Shown: positions 1-12,615 of the stretch, piece by piece
Layout of the letters: every line of letters starts with the position of its first letter
Position numbering within the stretch: position 1 is the first letter of the stretch
Position numbers and translations under genes: made by a program
The notes under the pieces: model-generated
The model's input: only the letters and a program-made list of their open reading frames with translations
The model's database searches: none
What the model was told of the DNA's origin: nothing
From: Octopus sinensis
Taxonomy: Eukaryota
DNA: 64,000 nt
Assembly (NCBI RefSeq): GCF_006345805.1
Contig: NC_043012.1
Span: forward strand, 19,778,001-19,842,000
Direction of reading: 5' to 3'

Positions 1-279
1 TGTACGTGTGGGTGTGCGGGTGGTAGTTGCTTTGTGTGTGCAAGTATAGCAATGGATTTATTTAGTTAGCGCATTTTAAAATGGCTGTGCGAATCTGACT
101 TTGGATGCATGTTCTAACATCCTATAAAGATTAAATAAAAGTTTCGGTTATCAATACAAATGATATTGTATATGTCGATAGATGTCTCTTGAAAATCAGA
201 ACATAATGTTATCTATCCATGCAAATCCCCTGTGAAAGACATGAAAAGTGACTGTGATCAATATAATATCTATAAACAT

Positions 280-482
280 ACACACACATTCACATATATA
301 TATATATATATGTTCATATATTTGTATATGTATACATATATGTATATAAATATATATATACATACATACAAAAATATATATATATATGTATATATATATA
401 CATATGTATATATATGAATAAATGTACATATATACCTATAATATATATCTATATATATATACATATACATATAAATATATAT

Positions 483-527
<45 letters not shown>

Positions 528-697
528 TATGTATATGTATATGTACATATATATGTATATGTACATATATAGATGTAAATATGTACATATAAATATATAT
601 ATATCCATATGCATATAAATATATACATACATACAGGTGCACACAAAAATATACACACCTGCATACACAGGAACGCATACTCACCCAAATATAAATG

Positions 698-738
<41 letters not shown>

Positions 739-740
739 AT
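280..740. repeat. (TA)n/(TG)n compound microsatellite
   Basis: Direct reading. It explains the IY/YI-rich ORFs at 196-889. Confidence 0.95.
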
Positions 741-2043
741 GCCAGGAAAGAGCAATGTAATACCAATGGCAGAAAATAGTAGAATGTGGAATGAATAAAG
801 ATAAAAGGTTTCCAGCTATGTACTACGTTTTCAGGTAGAAGATACATCTCATGATTTGTTGGTGTAGAATCGGTAATACTGAATGTCAAATATAATCAAA
901 GAAATGTAATTGAGTAATGCACGATAGAATATGAGAATCCCTGATCGATATTGATTGTCTACCTTGTATAGAATGGAAATATGCATTCTAAATAATGTTT
1001 ATAGAATGCAAGGTTCCACACTCGACGCAGCGTATTGTTTTAAGTGGTGGATTCATATTACCTTCATATAAAATAATTACAAATACACTCTGCAATTATG
1101 TATGAAAATGAAACATGAAACCACATGAGTGGTTTATCTATTTCGGTATTCATATAATTACATGTTTTCCATTATTATTTGTTGGTCATGAATGAATACG
1201 CTCTTTCGGCAGAATTACGTTCCTTATATTGATGCCATGGATTACGTTTGATATTGGTAATACTATTAATAGTCTACAAAGATATCTTTTGAAGTTAATG
1301 AGTACATTTTAATATCAACCAACTAGAAGTTATATGAAATATCACACAAAATATACGTGTTAATTGTAGTTCCAACATTCCTAAATGGCATATTGATGAA
1401 TAATATTTTACAATTTTCTAAATTATGACGATTTATAATGTAGGTTGCTCATATTTCACTTACTTTCTTACATTTGAGGTACTGATGATGCTGCACATTC
1501 TCCATTGGAATCTACTCAATCATTTTCACTTCATGCATATACCATTGCGATCAATTCATGCAGAAGCAAGTCTACACCTTTATTCTAATGGATGTAATTC
1601 ATCCCACCCAATTATACTGACAGAGAACATTAAATAACGACTTGTGTGAATGGACGCGTGACATTGTTCAGCAGGGTTACTTCTCTGAATTTCATTTACG
1701 TACAATATATAAAGCGTACGACTTCAGAAGCACACTTTTACCAAATGTACAACTCGGAGTAGTCAAGCCATGTGTTTCCGAAGAAATCTTGAAAATATCC
1801 ACGCTATCACCTGAGCCTTTAGTAAACATATTTATTTCATAACTTTATAACAGATATCTATGTTTGATTTACGCAAGAATTATATTCGAAATGGTATTAT
1901 TGCTGCATAGAAGCGGCATTGCAATGCAGGAGGATTTATGACTCACTTGTACAGTCAATCTGTGAGTGTTTGCTTGAAGTCACAAACATTACATTTATAG
2001 ATCTACTGAGTATACGCGTGTGATCGATTTATACATAGATCAA

Positions 2044-2112
2044 TTATTATTATTATTATTATTATTAGTAGTAGTAGTAGTAGTAGTATTATTATTATTA
2101 TTATTATTATTA

Positions 2113-2151
<39 letters not shown>

Positions 2152-2158
2152 CATCATC
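2044..2158. repeat. (ATT)n/(AGT)n microsatellite
   Basis: Direct reading. Confidence 0.95.
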
Positions 2159-2164
2159 AAACAA

Positions 2165-2800
2165 GCTCCTGATGGTGTGGTAGTATCGGTATATAATTTA
2201 AGAGATGCTGTCTGCTTGAGATCACCTCATACAAAAGTTGCCAACATGCATCACGATGTCATTGCTGAACGCTTTAACAGTTGTGAACAGCCCTACTAAT
2301 CCTCCTCATTTCCAGAAAACAGCTTCAGATTGTCAATAAAAAACAGATGGTTTACTATAACATTATACGTTTTGAATCCATGCCTGGTGTTACTCAGTTC
2401 GTTTGAGATTGAGATCAATGCAATGCAAAAATATAATGTGGAGATGCAGTCACCTTGAAATATAGCTCGTTTAATGTTGATGTTGCTAGATTTACTCATC
2501 CCATTACCATGGTTTAGAAGGCGACGTGTAGTCCACTTGGCCATGCTACCTTGTAAGAATTTGGAGACGACAGGAGAGATCTTGTATATCTGAATAGCCT
2601 TGAGTAGCTAATTATGCGGGACGCTGTCCTGTAGACTATCCATGCCATACTGAGGTTCATTTTGCTCTGTAGAGATGCAGCAAAATGTTGGCGTAATTCT
2701 GTCAAACAATTCAGACAAAATTTAGGGATCCAGTCCAGTCCTAGGGCTTTCCATTTTCGTGAGACTTTCTAAGCACACATCCTAGCTTTTCTAATCCTAA
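2165..2800 (-). mobile_element. Non-LTR retrotransposon reverse transcriptase relic, R4/Dong/R2-like, frameshifted
   Basis: Minus-strand translation across frames gives NLSMAWIVYR..DSVPHN*LLKAIQIYKISPVV, then IKRAIFQGDCISTLYFCIAL and NHLFFIDNLKLF (degenerate YMDD), then TTVKAFSNDIVM. These are RT motifs in the correct order. Confidence 0.85.
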
Positions 2801-2844
2801 AGCCTCCCATTTCTGCTCTTCAACTTCCTTGAATTTCCTTCAAC

Positions 2845-2887
2845 CAGTTATTATTATTAATAATAATAATAATAATAATAATAAAAA

Positions 2888-2963
<76 letters not shown>
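2845..2963. repeat. (AAT)n microsatellite
   Basis: Direct reading. Confidence 0.95.
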
Positions 2964-2964
<1 letters not shown>

Positions 2965-2966
<2 letters not shown>

Positions 2967-3537
2967 GCAGTACCAGGCAGTGGCTCTCAATGCAGTACCA
3001 GGCAGTGGCTCTCATGGATTCTGATCTTAACTGATTGGAAGTGTTATCATGTACATTGTTTTGTCTTGGTATAAAAGATGGGCTACAGCAAATATTCTGC
3101 TCAATACCACAGATTTGCTTGTCAGCTGTTTGACCTTAACCAGTTGAGCACGTCCCTTAGTGCCTGACGATATGTGCATCTCTGATCACGAGCAGAAGTA
3201 GTGGGGTAGCATCATAGCCATGTGTTGAGAGGGATTCTTTGGGGTTTGAATAATTCACCTCTGGAAATATGGGTGGTTCTTTCAACATCCTTAAACAACC
3301 CTTATTCAGGGACCTTTTGAGCGGGATGGGCTACTCAACCTGAAGAAAATTCTAACTGGGCCCCACCGGCAAGGTCATGGGCTGACTATCTTGACATGAA
3401 ATCATCATATCGCGCACGTATGGTTGTGATGCATGTGCCTGGTGTACCTTTATCAGACGGGTAGCCATGATGGGTATATTGGGCTTCGTATATTTTACCC
3501 CAGTGTCACTTTGATGGCATGCACTGCTCTCTAACTC

Positions 3538-3538
<1 letters not shown>
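2965..3538. mobile_element. ~570-bp non-coding interspersed element embedded in (AAT)n arrays, copy 1
   Basis: An inverted, diverged copy lies at 19283-19822. (AAT)n flanks both sides, and the left end carries a 25-bp tandem duplication (2965-2989, 2990-3014). Confidence 0.8.
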
Positions 3539-3586
<48 letters not shown>

Positions 3587-3604
3587 TATGTAAACATGGT
3601 AAGG

Positions 3605-4085
3605 ATAGGAGAGCTGGCAGAATCATTATCACACAGGGACAAATACTTAGTCTCATTTCATCCGTCGTTTATGATTTCAGCTAGTTTCACTTTCTTCAAG
3701 TTTGCACTCCGTCCTAACAATATCGATTAAAAAATATATGGAATATTCAATATCAACTTTCCACAAAATGTCAGGCCTTCTGCATTTAGCAGAAAAATTC
3801 TATAATAGAAAGGATTATTTTAAGGAGTCGAACTGGCGGAATCTTTTTTTTTTAAACACTACAGGGGGCGATTTTGTATTTCATCATTCAGGGTCGACTC
3901 CGGAGGAACACTAGAATCGTCGTAATTGATTAAGCTGCTCACCCACAAGTCTCAGGCCTTGTCCCTATCGTGGAAATGATTATCATCATTAATGACAAAA
4001 CTTTCTATTATAAGAACGCTGAAACACGATTTCTTTTCCGAATGGATGAAATTTGAACTCAGAACGTAAAGATGGACAAAGTTAA
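3605..4085. mobile_element. Highly decayed fragments of SINE family A
   Basis: GAGCTGGCAGAATCATTATCAC (5' head), TTCATCATTCAGGGTCGA and AGGCCTTGTCCC (3' part), and inverted AATTTGAACTCAGAACGTAAAGATGGAC all match the intact copies at 14807 and 60486. Confidence 0.55.
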
Positions 4086-6745
4086 TGCTATTATTAACGA
4101 TATTACTCCAGTGATTGATGTACTACTAACTATAATGAAGTGGGCGTGCAGTTTCCATGACCTCCATTTCATTATAATTTTATGCCTCGAAGGTAATTGG
4201 ATAGCGCTCTGATTTTTAAAATGAGAAAATGCGTTCAGCTGTTTTATATCCTACTATGTTTTACGACATACAAATTAAAACAAACAACACAAAAGGGTGA
4301 CATTATGCTTACTGGATTATTTTAAATTTAACCCGTTTGCTACGTTCTATGAACATATCTGATAATCCTGTGTTCACTTGCACGCCAGGAGAGATATTTC
4401 ATTTGGAAAATGATACAAATAGGAACATCCTTCTGATTCAGTGGAAAACAATAGCTAATTAACAAGCATCTAGCAACCCATTTTGAATTGCAACATCCCA
4501 TTTTTATGGTACATTAACCACTGAACACACGGGAAAGTTTGTTTGTTTAGAAAGTCACCAATCAAATGTAAACTAATATATCGGCATTCACCGAGTTACG
4601 GAAACGATGCATTCTATAAAATCTTAGCGTAATGTAGGAATGATTCTATAATATGTTTTCTAATGATTTTTGTATATTTTGGAAGTCATCTAACATCATG
4701 TATTTTACTAATATAACGCTTGGGGAACCAACAAGTCTCCTGTGAGTGTGGCTACTACACACACACTTATACAGAAATACGCACACACCGGCAGTCCGTG
4801 TGTTTATAGTTGCCGCAGCAACACATCAGTGTGGAGTAATTGTAATGAAACTCTAAATAACAGTGACTCCAAATGCAATCATGAATCATATTGAATACAA
4901 AATATTTGAAATACATTGTTTGCATGGAAATTATTCTACACTTTTGATATTTCTCCACCGGGATATAGTAAGTTCACATGATACAATCCACCTCCGATGT
5001 GTAACATTATTTAATCTATAAGAACGCTGAAACACGATTTCTTTTCCATGTATATTCAAAGATTCTCAAAACCGAATCTGCATAAATTCATGTCGCAACA
5101 ACTTCCATTACTATTTCAATTTTATAAATGAAAATTAAATCAAACAACCATATTACGCCTGACGCTTTGATGTGTTTTGACAGAAATTGTATCTGCATCT
5201 GAGTAGCAAGATACATTTCGAGAAGATATGAAAAAATTGCTTTGTTTATATATATATATATATAAAATAAAATATTCCTTGGAATAAGAATAATTCCGTC
5301 TTAGGTTTTAGCTTGACTTTCCCTTTTACTATTTATAGTTAATGTAACACACTTATGTCAGTGACATGTTATTCACTCAATATTATTGATTATACAACCA
5401 TTAGAAATGGGAGAAATATCCACGGATATTATAGAAAAGTTTCCAAGAAAATATGAAATTCTTTGATCTTGTTTAAAATTACTATCATGTTCATGTAATA
5501 AGAAAACAAACTAGTCTCATAATGTTGATACGCCACAAAAATTTAATCTAGCTTAACCATTCGTTAAAATGTAATAATGAAATCGTTTCTATTCTAAATC
5601 CTTTCGTTTCTTACTTTAATTCTCTAGTTTTTTCCCTTCAAGCGTCAAGGTCATCGCAATAGCATGCGAACGAAAAAGAACAGTTCATAGATGTGTATAT
5701 ACATATGCTTGCGTTTTTATGTATATCTGTTTTCGCACCCACCCACACGCATGCACGCTCGCACACATACACTCAGATTAACACACTCAAATACACACGG
5801 GGACAAATTACAAATGCTCGTATATAACTCAATTTTTCTCTGACTGGACATGTGTGCCTGTATGCCGATGAAATTATATGTATTGATGTATATTTAGAAA
5901 TTCAAAGATTGGTGTTATTCCATTAAAGTTTATTAGGTTTTGTAACTGATGAACTGTGATATTTATAGATGCATCTTAACACCAGAATATACAAATACTA
6001 AAATGATACAGATTTATCGGCAAAGGCACTATAATCCATATGGAAATTTAATTAAAAATCATGTTTTCTTGTGAATGAACGGGTAATATTTCGTTAATAA
6101 TAATTAACATTTCGTTATATTGCAGTGTATAGCAATATATTTGAAATATCAAGAACTAGTAACTGACAAATTTGTCAATATCTCTGAATTATTACTCATT
6201 ATCGCTACATAAACTATAGCATATGTGAAGATACTCAAGACACGTATTCTAAATTTGCAGATATTCTTAATTCCACTATAAAACAAACATTGAAAGTTGG
6301 TTGTAATTATTTCAAAAATATATTCGTGTAACTTCTTGTTTGCTTTCAGAAAACACACGAAATCATGTATTCATGTCAAAGGAGTAATAGACATATATGA
6401 ATGTTTGATAATGGCAGCGAATGTGAAATATGATCATGAAAAGATAAAGTTATATTAACACATATAATGATTTCATACTGGCGTAAATCTATGGCTCAGA
6501 ATAATGCTTTTCGAAGGGCCTAAATTGTTGGAAGTAAAACCGATTTACCAATGAAAATATCAACTTCTATTCCATTGCAAATATAATCGGAGTACCGAAT
6601 TATTTTAGATGGGAAGCATCGAAACAAATATAAACTGTTAAATTTCAAACATGTTCTATACGGCAGTATGCCTTTTGCGACAAGAAAATAGGTGCTGGAT
6701 CGAAAGATTCCTCGGGTTATATATTAAATTATATATAAATGATAA

Positions 6746-7081
6746 TGATAAAAACGGAAGATCGAATAACTCGCTAGACAGGAAGAGCAGGACACACACC
6801 AGATTTTATTAAGACAACAACAAATAATAGGTTTAATTCAAAACGGGATACAAAGAAAACGAAAGAGATATACAGAAATTATGATTTAATGGTAGAAGAA
6901 ATGATTTAAATATTGAGTTCTTAGGAAATAGCAAACCACTGAGAGTAATTATATGACATGCGATCAAAACTCGGGCTCACCACACTCCTTTCCAGTGTTC
7001 AAGTAGTAGAACGTAGGGTATGAACCCAATGGTTTCGCTGGTGGGCGGAGTATGAGCCAAATAATAGAAATAAATGCAACA
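6746..7081 (-). mobile_element. Probable solo LTR (336 bp)
   Basis: The minus strand begins TGTTG and ends TATCA. Flanks are GATAA and GAAAA (a 4/5 match, a candidate 5-bp TSD). AATAAAA lies near the 3' end on the minus strand. Confidence 0.4.
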
Positions 7082-7114
7082 GAAAACAGTTGTAATATCC
7101 AATATAAAACTGCG

Positions 7115-7255
7115 TTTGTGTGTGTATGTGTTTGTGTGTGTGTGTGTGAGTATGTGTATGTGTGTATATGTATGTGTTTGTGTGTGTGTGAGTGTGTGTG
7201 TGTGTATGTATGTGTGTGTGTGTGAGTGTGTGTGTGTGTATGTGTGTGTGTGTTA
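7115..7255. repeat. (TG)n microsatellite
   Basis: Direct reading. Confidence 0.95.
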
Positions 7256-8059
7256 ACTCGCAGAACGTCTGAACTTCGCAGCTGATTGTCTCCGAAACTT
7301 AGGACACACCTTTACTAATGCTCCAGAGATTGCTTTAGACTTAAAAGTTTTCACATAATGAGTAATGGGGCCCCGAGGGGCACAAAAATCCTTTCCCGGG
7401 GTAAGAACGCCTGCAATGCATAGTCTACGCATTGCTTCTGTTCAAAGTGGAAAACAAACAGCGACTGGAATTATATAAGTTGGTTGTATTAAATGATTGA
7501 ACCGAGGTAGACTTCAAACTGCGTTGTCCGAGTGGTAGCAATATGTGAGTTAAGAAACAATATGGATATTCAGTACATCAATGCGTATTGTAGAGTATAC
7601 ACACATATGCTTTGTAAATTAAGAAGCAATGTATAACATAAAATATTTGTGACTGTTGATTAGAATAAAAGATGTCACTGTACTCAGAAAACTATGTGAT
7701 ATAGGATTAATGATGCGTAGAATATTGATATTTTGGTCGGTTTATTATAGAAATAGCAGTGAAAACATTTAGAAGTAGAAACATGCTTAATGGGAAAATA
7801 TCATAATAGAATAACACAATATTTAATATTTTGTATTGCTTATACTAAAAATTCACTTTTGGATATCTACAAATATATATTATGAAATATCCGATTCAGA
7901 GAGAAATATGAGAAATTTTTAATACAAAATTACTGAACTAAAATCAACAAGTTTTTATATGTCAGCGTTTTATCCACAACAGTAAGGGCTTTGTCAGGAC
8001 AGGATAATATTGTAAACAATCATTATACACATAATAGTGTATGATGCCTTCACTTCTTT

Positions 8060-9480
8060 GTGGCGTGCTGCATCCTGATTGGCGTTACGTCCTGTTTTTT
8101 GCTATGATCTTAATGTTTATTATGTTATCCAACCTGATATTAAAATTGTTGATATATCTACCACTTGCCAATACTGAAACGCCAAAAAGTGGCCAGGAGA
8201 AACTCCTAAAATGTGTTAATGTTTTGCTCCAATAGGAAGGTTAAATTGGCCCCCACTTGAGGATCCACCACAGCCATTGAAGCTTCTATTTACATGCACA
8301 ACACCAGAGTCAAAACATTTTCTAGAGAATAGCCGAAAGTATAAGTGTGCCTTTCAATGTGATTGCAGCAGCTTTCCTGCCTGGTGGCAGGACTGTATAC
8401 TCAAACTATAAGCTTCATCTGAATCTGACAAAATCTGACATGCCAATTGCAACATCAGTAAGAGGTCAGAAAAGGCACAAGTGCTGCGAAGGTGGCGCCT
8501 CGTTGTGTGGGATGAATGCAACATGGCACAAAAAGGAGCTCTTGAAGCACTTGATAAAACCTTACAAGACATCAGATACTGTCAGGACCCAATGGGAAGC
8601 ATTACTCTCCTGTTTTCGGGTTTTTCAGGCAGACTCTTCCAGCTATTCCCAAGGGATCCAGGGCAGTCTGAGTACGTCTTAAGTCCTCTCCATTTTTGCA
8701 CCAAGTCACAGCATAGACGCTTAACACCAAAATGGGAGCTCAAGTGTACGGCGACCAAAATTCGCTAAGGACATTTTGACACATGGGAATGGAAACCTGC
8801 CTCTGGATGGAGATGGAGAAATGCCAGTTATTCCAGTTTTCGCCATTGTTAATACCGTTGATCTTAAAGCCCCAGTATTTTATATTCTGAAGGGAAATTA
8901 TCACAATCACAATTGGCTGTGTGAAAGAGCAATACTAGCACACACATCCCCAAACAGCACCATAAATAAAATTAATGAGCTGCTGCAGTGCCTTCCCGGA
9001 AGTCCTCATCAAGAAGAGGTGGTAAATTTCCCAACATAATGTTTCAATTCATTGGAGCCTCCAGGACTACTTCCCCACAGTCTGGAACTTAAACTGGGAA
9101 CTCCAGTAATGTTATGAGGAATTTTCATCCACCAAGACTCTGCAATGGGACAATGTACCATGATAAAGTAGAACATAGCACATGTTATTGAAGCCACCAT
9201 CCTCTCTGGATAAGGAAAAGGAGAGGATGTTTTCATACACAAGATTCCTCTCATTTCATAGGGAGCAGAATTGTCTTTTTCATACAATTTCCTATTCGAA
9301 TTAGCTTTGCAATGTCTATCAATAAATCCCAGGGTCGGACACAGTCTGTAGTAGGAATTCACTTGGAAAATTCGTGCTTCTCACATGGGCAATTGTATAT
9401 TGGCTGCTCTGGAAGGGAAGCGCTCTATTTGAATTTGTTCCACAACGAAAAACAAAGAGTATTGTTTACCAAAATGTTTT
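8060..9480 (+). mobile_element. Helitron RepHel relic: N-terminal region fused to PIF1-family helicase, with stops and frameshifts
   Basis: N-terminal region: CQY*NAKKWPGETPKMC...PPLEDPPQPLKLL..TPESKHFLENSRKY. Helicase: IAAAFLPGGRTVYS, LVVWDECNMAQKGALEALDKTLQDIR, FRQTLP, WLCERAILA, LELKLGTPVML.RN..PPRLCNGT, AMSINKSQG, FSHGQLY. Confidence 0.92.
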
Positions 9481-9990
9481 GTAAGAATTACTACATCCTA
9501 AGATGAGCTCGATGGATATCATTTCGGCCTTCCACAGCATAACACCAACAAACCCGAAGGGAGTACCAAGAAAGCATTTTCCTGCCGGAACTTCAGTATT
9601 ATAAAACCTACTCTCCAATTACTCCCACCAACCAGGCGGTAAGCAATTTCACCTTATTTTTTCAAGTAGCACATTATTGCATATTATCATGTGACTACAT
9701 AGGCTCGGTTTGTTCCGTATTCTAGGAGCCACACCAGCAATCCAATATCGACACTTTACCTTGTGCAATATTTCAACAGCTCTCTTCATCGTTGCCATCT
9801 CCCATTGTAACCTCTTTCCGGAACGTACCCATTTACGTACAATATCTCCATTACACCTACATTCATTCGACTGTCCACCATACGAGGGGTAACCATTATA
9901 CTGTCCACTGTATTACATTTTTATACTCACCTTAACGTGTCATCTTTCCATGCAGGCAGAATATTCATCTGAGTGTTAAGTTTTCAACAT

Positions 9991-10395
9991 AGACGTAGCA
10001 GTGGCTGTGTCATAAGTAGTTTGCTTACAAACCACATGGTTCCCGGTTCAGTCCCACTGCGTGACATCTTGGGCAAGTGTCTTCTACTATAGCCTCGGGC
10101 CGACCAAAGCCTTGTGAGTGGATTTGGTAGACGGAAACTGAAAGAAGCCCGTCATATATATGTATATATATATGTATGGGTGTGTGTGTGTTTGTCCCCC
10201 CCATCATCGCTTGACAACCAATGCTGGTGTATTTACGTCCCCGTAACTTAGCGGTTCGGCAAAGGTGACCGATAGAATAAATACTTGACATACAAAGAAT
10301 AAGTCCTGGGGTCGATTTGATCGACTAACGGCGGTGCTCCAGCATGGCTACAGTCAAATGACTGAAACAAGTAAAAGAGTAAAATAGTAAAAGAA
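9991..10395 (+). mobile_element. tRNA-derived SINE family B (CORE-like central domain), full length
   Basis: A-box-like TGGCTGTG.., B-box GGTTCAGTCCC, CORE-like CTTGGGCAAGTGTCTT, an internal TA/TG microsatellite and a GTAAAAGA tail. About 10 copies occur in the window. Confidence 0.9.
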
Positions 10396-10490
10396 TACTA
10401 ACACGATGTAGGAAGACACTGTGCCTCCTTCACCGTACAAACAGCGATGAGGCGCCGATGTTATACCGCTAAACAAAACAGCTTCTACAG

Positions 10491-10840
10491 GAGGCGCAGG
10501 AGTGGCTGTGTGGTAAGTAGCTTGCTAACCAACCACATGGTTCCGGGTTCAGTCCCACTGCGTGGCATCTTGGGCAAGTGTCTTCTGCTATAGCCCCGGG
10601 CCGACCAATACCTTGTGGATTTGGTAGACGGAAACTGAAAGAAGCCTGTCATATATATGTATATATATATAAGCTTGACAACCCAATGCTGGTGTGTTTA
10701 CGTCCCTGTAACTTAGCGGTTCGGCAAATAAGTACTGGGCTTACAAAGAATAAGTCCCGGGGTTGATTTGCTCGACTAAAGGCGGTGCTCCAGCATGGCC
10801 GCAGTCAAATGACTGAAACAAGTAAAAGAGTAAAAGAGTA
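10491..10840 (+). mobile_element. SINE family B copy
   Basis: Colinear with 9991-10395 and starting GGCGCAGGAGTGGCTGTGTGG. Confidence 0.9.
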
Positions 10841-11502
10841 GTCCACAACATCAAATTCAAATTCTTTAGAAACGCTCATCTTATTCGGCTCAACTTATTC
10901 GGCAGTGCTTGCCTGTCAATGATTTCATGCGCGATCTTGCCAATCATTCCACTCCTACCACGCCATTTCTTTCATGTAGATTTCTCTTGTGTGTTGCTGT
11001 TGAACGCGTCCACGGGATTAATTTATCCCCTAGACGTAATGCCTATGTTCAGCGAGGTAGTGGTAGCGCCGACAGGGTCAAAAGAGAGTGTATCCATTAA
11101 GATCATTTTGCTGCGTTCAAAAATCACACACTCCACCCTCACTTTTCCAGGACAGATTACGACCTGGAGTCTTCTAGACGGACGCATGACATGTCGGTTA
11201 GTCGAATTAGACCATCATTTACTCCACAAATGTTTGTTTCTCAATGCCACACTTCCCCGTATTATATGTTTCAACTGTACTATGTATACAAACTATGTAA
11301 TTTCAACCCCGAGCAACCTCGGGTATCCTTGCTAGTAACAAACAGAACAGAAAACAGTTGTAGTACCCCATATTTTATGGGACACACGTTTTTCATAAAA
11401 TTGCCAAAACAATTACACAACTATAGTATGAAACTTTATGCAATCCTACACTTCACATCATTAATCCCGCAATACATACAACAACCAGTATAAACGCACC
11501 AA

Positions 11503-12495
11503 AGGAATTACAACCGTGTTTCGTGGTCTGCTACCACAACAGCTCCTTTATAGGATGCAGTTAGCTCAAGACATCATCAGGAGGAACCACGTCAGTTTCG
11601 GCCCCTACACATCTACCGTTTTGACGTGGCGGGCTCCTCCCCTTTCGGAAGTGTCTTCAGCTCTGGTGCTAGGTGCATGTCTTCTTTCCTCTTCTTTCTT
11701 CTGTTCCCTGGCCTCTTCGATGTATCGTCAGCGAGTGTCAGCCGATGACTCACTGTCTTGTCAAATTTCTCCCTTTAAATACCTGCCGCATACCCTCCAG
11801 CAGGCAGCCCCAGCAAGTTTTCACGTGACACTGTCGCCTTTGAATTTGGTGGTCATTCTTGCTACCTCGTCGTCAAATTTTTTATAACTCGCCGCGTCAT
11901 TTGCTTTCGGCCACTTAACCTTTGTCCTCTTCACGCCTATCAGTCTTTTTGACTGTTCCAATTCAACTGTGGAATGAACCTCGTTATGGTTATTTTCCGG
12001 GGGGTTCTGGCCAAACGTCTAATGGTTTATCAACCCACATTGTTGAATTACTTTCTTCTGGCACACCTTCCCTTGGTGGATTATCAGCCCGATGTATATA
12101 GCAAACACCTTTCCGCAGCAACTGAACTCCTCATCTACCATTCCTATACCGTTGCCTTTCTCATTATACATTTCCGGTCCAAGTCCATTTCGTTTTTTCC
12201 GTCCCTATTTGATCCTTTATTTTCCCCCCGTGGTCCGGGATCATGGGGGCATAATTTCCCATGTTCTTTCGTTGCAATTTTAGCCCGGATTGGGCTGCAA
12301 GCCCATTTGAACCTTCGTTACGCTGTCATACTGTCAAGCGTCTCTCCGATTGTTTCATCCCTCTTTCTGGATTGTCAGCAAGTATTTCCTGCAGTCAGTA
12401 TCTGAGGAATTACAACCGTGTTTCGTGGTCTGCTACCACAACAGCTGCTTTATAGGATCCAGTTAGCTCAAGACATCATCAGGAGGAACCACGTC
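11503..12495 (-). mobile_element. Internally deleted HERO/R2-like non-LTR element bounded by 91-bp direct repeats
   Basis: Repeats at 11503-11593 and 12405-12495 differ at 2 positions. The minus strand encodes CCGKVFAIYIGLIIHQGKVC (12061-12120) and KVKWPKANDAASYKKFDDEV (~11861-11920), which resemble the N-terminal zinc finger and KWP motif of HERO-type elements. Confidence 0.65.
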
Positions 12496-12498
12496 CGG

Positions 12499-12499
<1 letters not shown>

Positions 12500-12551
<52 letters not shown>

Positions 12552-12573
12552 TATGTACATATGTATATACATG

Positions 12574-12615
<42 letters not shown>

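Noticed and set aside
196-889. Multiple I/Y/C/V/H/T-rich ORFs here and throughout (12.5, 18.2, 29, 40.6, 41.5, 43.9, 47.1, 49, 53.3, 54.4, 58.7, 60.8 kb)
   Set aside because: They are translations of (TA)n, (CA)n and (TATG)n microsatellites, which lack stop codons in some frames.
9931-9968. 38-nt minus-strand micro-exon MNILPAWKDDTL resembling the proprotein convertase DMNVxPAW motif
   Set aside because: The similarity ends before the expected GxTG, the acceptor is weak and no other convertase exons were found.
9991-10080. tRNA genes at SINE heads
   Set aside because: A/B boxes are present but there is no complete cloverleaf; these are tRNA-derived SINE heads.
10919-11493. 138-aa and 100-aa overlapping ORFs
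   Set aside because: No recognisable motif in any frame and no splice support. They may be decayed TE sequence but cannot be called.
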